DNA of 64,000 nucleotides from an uncultured Opitutales bacterium (GTDB lineage Bacteria; Verrucomicrobiota; Verrucomicrobiia; Opitutales; CAYWEO01): NCBI GenBank assembly GCA_964457855.1, contig CAYWEO010000002.1, positions 9,015 to 73,014 of the forward strand, read 5' to 3'. Shown piece by piece: positions 63,492 to 64,000 of this stretch (position 1 is its first letter; each line of letters starts with the position of its first letter). The notes under the pieces were generated by a model. It saw only the letters and a program-made list of their open reading frames with translations, ran no database searches and was not told where the DNA came from. The position numbers and the translations under genes were made by a program.

Positions 63492-64000
63492 TCTTCGTTG
63501 TGAATCAACTTGTTACGCGTGCTTGGACGTCCTGCGCGGAACCAAGCGTTAATGAATCCGTCAATACCGCCATCCATAACCGCCTGGATGTTGCCCGTTT
63601 CGAAGCCCGTCCGAAGATCCTTAACCATTTGGTAAGGCTGGAAAACGTAACTGCGGATCTGATTCCCCCAGCCAATTTCGCCCTTCGCGCCGTAAAATTT
63701 CTCCATCGACGAGCGTTTTTCGTCCAAGGAGCGCTCGTAGAGGCGAGATTTGAGCATTTTCATCGCCGTTGCCTTATTTTTGTGTTGGGAGCGTTCATTT
63801 TGGCAAGTCACAACAATTCCCGACGGCAGGTGCGTGAGGCGCACAGCGGAATCGGTTTTATTGACATGCTGACCGCCCTTTCCGCTCGCACGGTAAGTGT
63901 CAATACGTAAGTCCTTCTCGTTAACCTCGATAGCAACGTCTTCCTCAACCTCCGCAATGACGTCAATGGCGCAAAAGGAGGTGTGACGTTTCTTATTGGC
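63488..64000 (-). CDS. prfB: peptide chain release factor 2; the N-terminal part runs off the right edge (partial)
   Basis: The reverse strand encodes ...[41 protein letters not shown]...[10 protein letters not shown]. The GGQ motif and the QIRSYV signature point to RF2. The ORF remains open past 63844 to the window end. Confidence 0.85.

Noticed and set aside
62809-63552. Long antisense or shadow ORFs inside well-supported genes. Examples: 62809-63552 opposite acpS/prfB, 59188-59805 opposite dnaK, 52009-52626 opposite dnaG, 33125-33754 opposite the SBP gene, 3131-3784 out of frame within gspF, 4659-5192 opposite cysS, 7847-8284 and 7872-8231 in the secretin gene.
   Set aside because: Each overlaps a gene that has clear family motifs on the other strand or in another frame. 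Their sequences are low-complexity, Arg/Pro/Ser-rich translations typical of shadow ORFs.
63488-64000. The programmed +1 frameshift site of prfB.
   Set aside because: The frameshift site lies near codon 25 of RF2. That would be beyond position 64000 on this minus-strand gene, so it cannot be assessed from this window.

Overview
This is a bacterial chromosomal segment in which almost every gene is a housekeeping gene. I read 52 protein-coding genes and 6 tRNAs. I found no rRNA, no CRISPR array and no transposase.

Recognisable genes include:
- Translation and RNA modification: cysS, rlmN, rluD-like, rsmH, mnmA, partial prfB.
- Replication, transcription and segregation: a recD2-like helicase, dnaG, rpoD, nusB, parB, a XerC/D-family recombinase.
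- Envelope, secretion and division: a GspF/PilC-like protein, a PilM-like/unknown/secretin operon, lptF/G-like, tolB-like, mraZ-rsmH-ftsL-ftsI, a rodZ-like gene.
- Chaperones: hsp20-grpE-dnaJ and dnaK-groES-groEL.
- Metabolism and others: xseB, gpmA, ybeY with a 7TM-HD protein, dxr-rseP, ftsY, glgB, acpS.

Gene content, weak Shine-Dalgarno signals and the pilus-like cluster suggest a PVC/Verrucomicrobia-like organism. That is inference only.

Four things stand out.
1. A modular palindromic repeat system fills nearly every intergenic gap. It has three hairpin modules in fixed order (H1-H2-H3). It also has a larger foldback element (FB, subtypes alpha and beta) with a conserved core and apex. 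There are about 22 loci covering roughly 5 kb by hand tally. The FB outer arms are locus-specific mirror copies of the adjacent gene or tRNA 3' end.
2. Two exact sigma54-type -24/-12 elements (TGGCACG-N4-TTGCT) lie upstream of hsp20 and dnaK. Each has a related inverted repeat about 60-70 bp further upstream. I saw no CIRCE element.
3. An AT-rich, tRNA-flanked islet of about 5 kb encodes three secreted, Asn-rich or acidic proteins with LRR-like (leucine-rich-repeat-like) segments. A fourth relative sits at 1055-1867.
4. Several core proteins have unusual features: His-rich N-termini on GrpE and Hsp20, a 59-aa RpoD tail, and a degenerate DnaG zinc ribbon.

Many track ORFs are artificially extended at the N-terminus by translation of the repeats, so I trimmed those starts.
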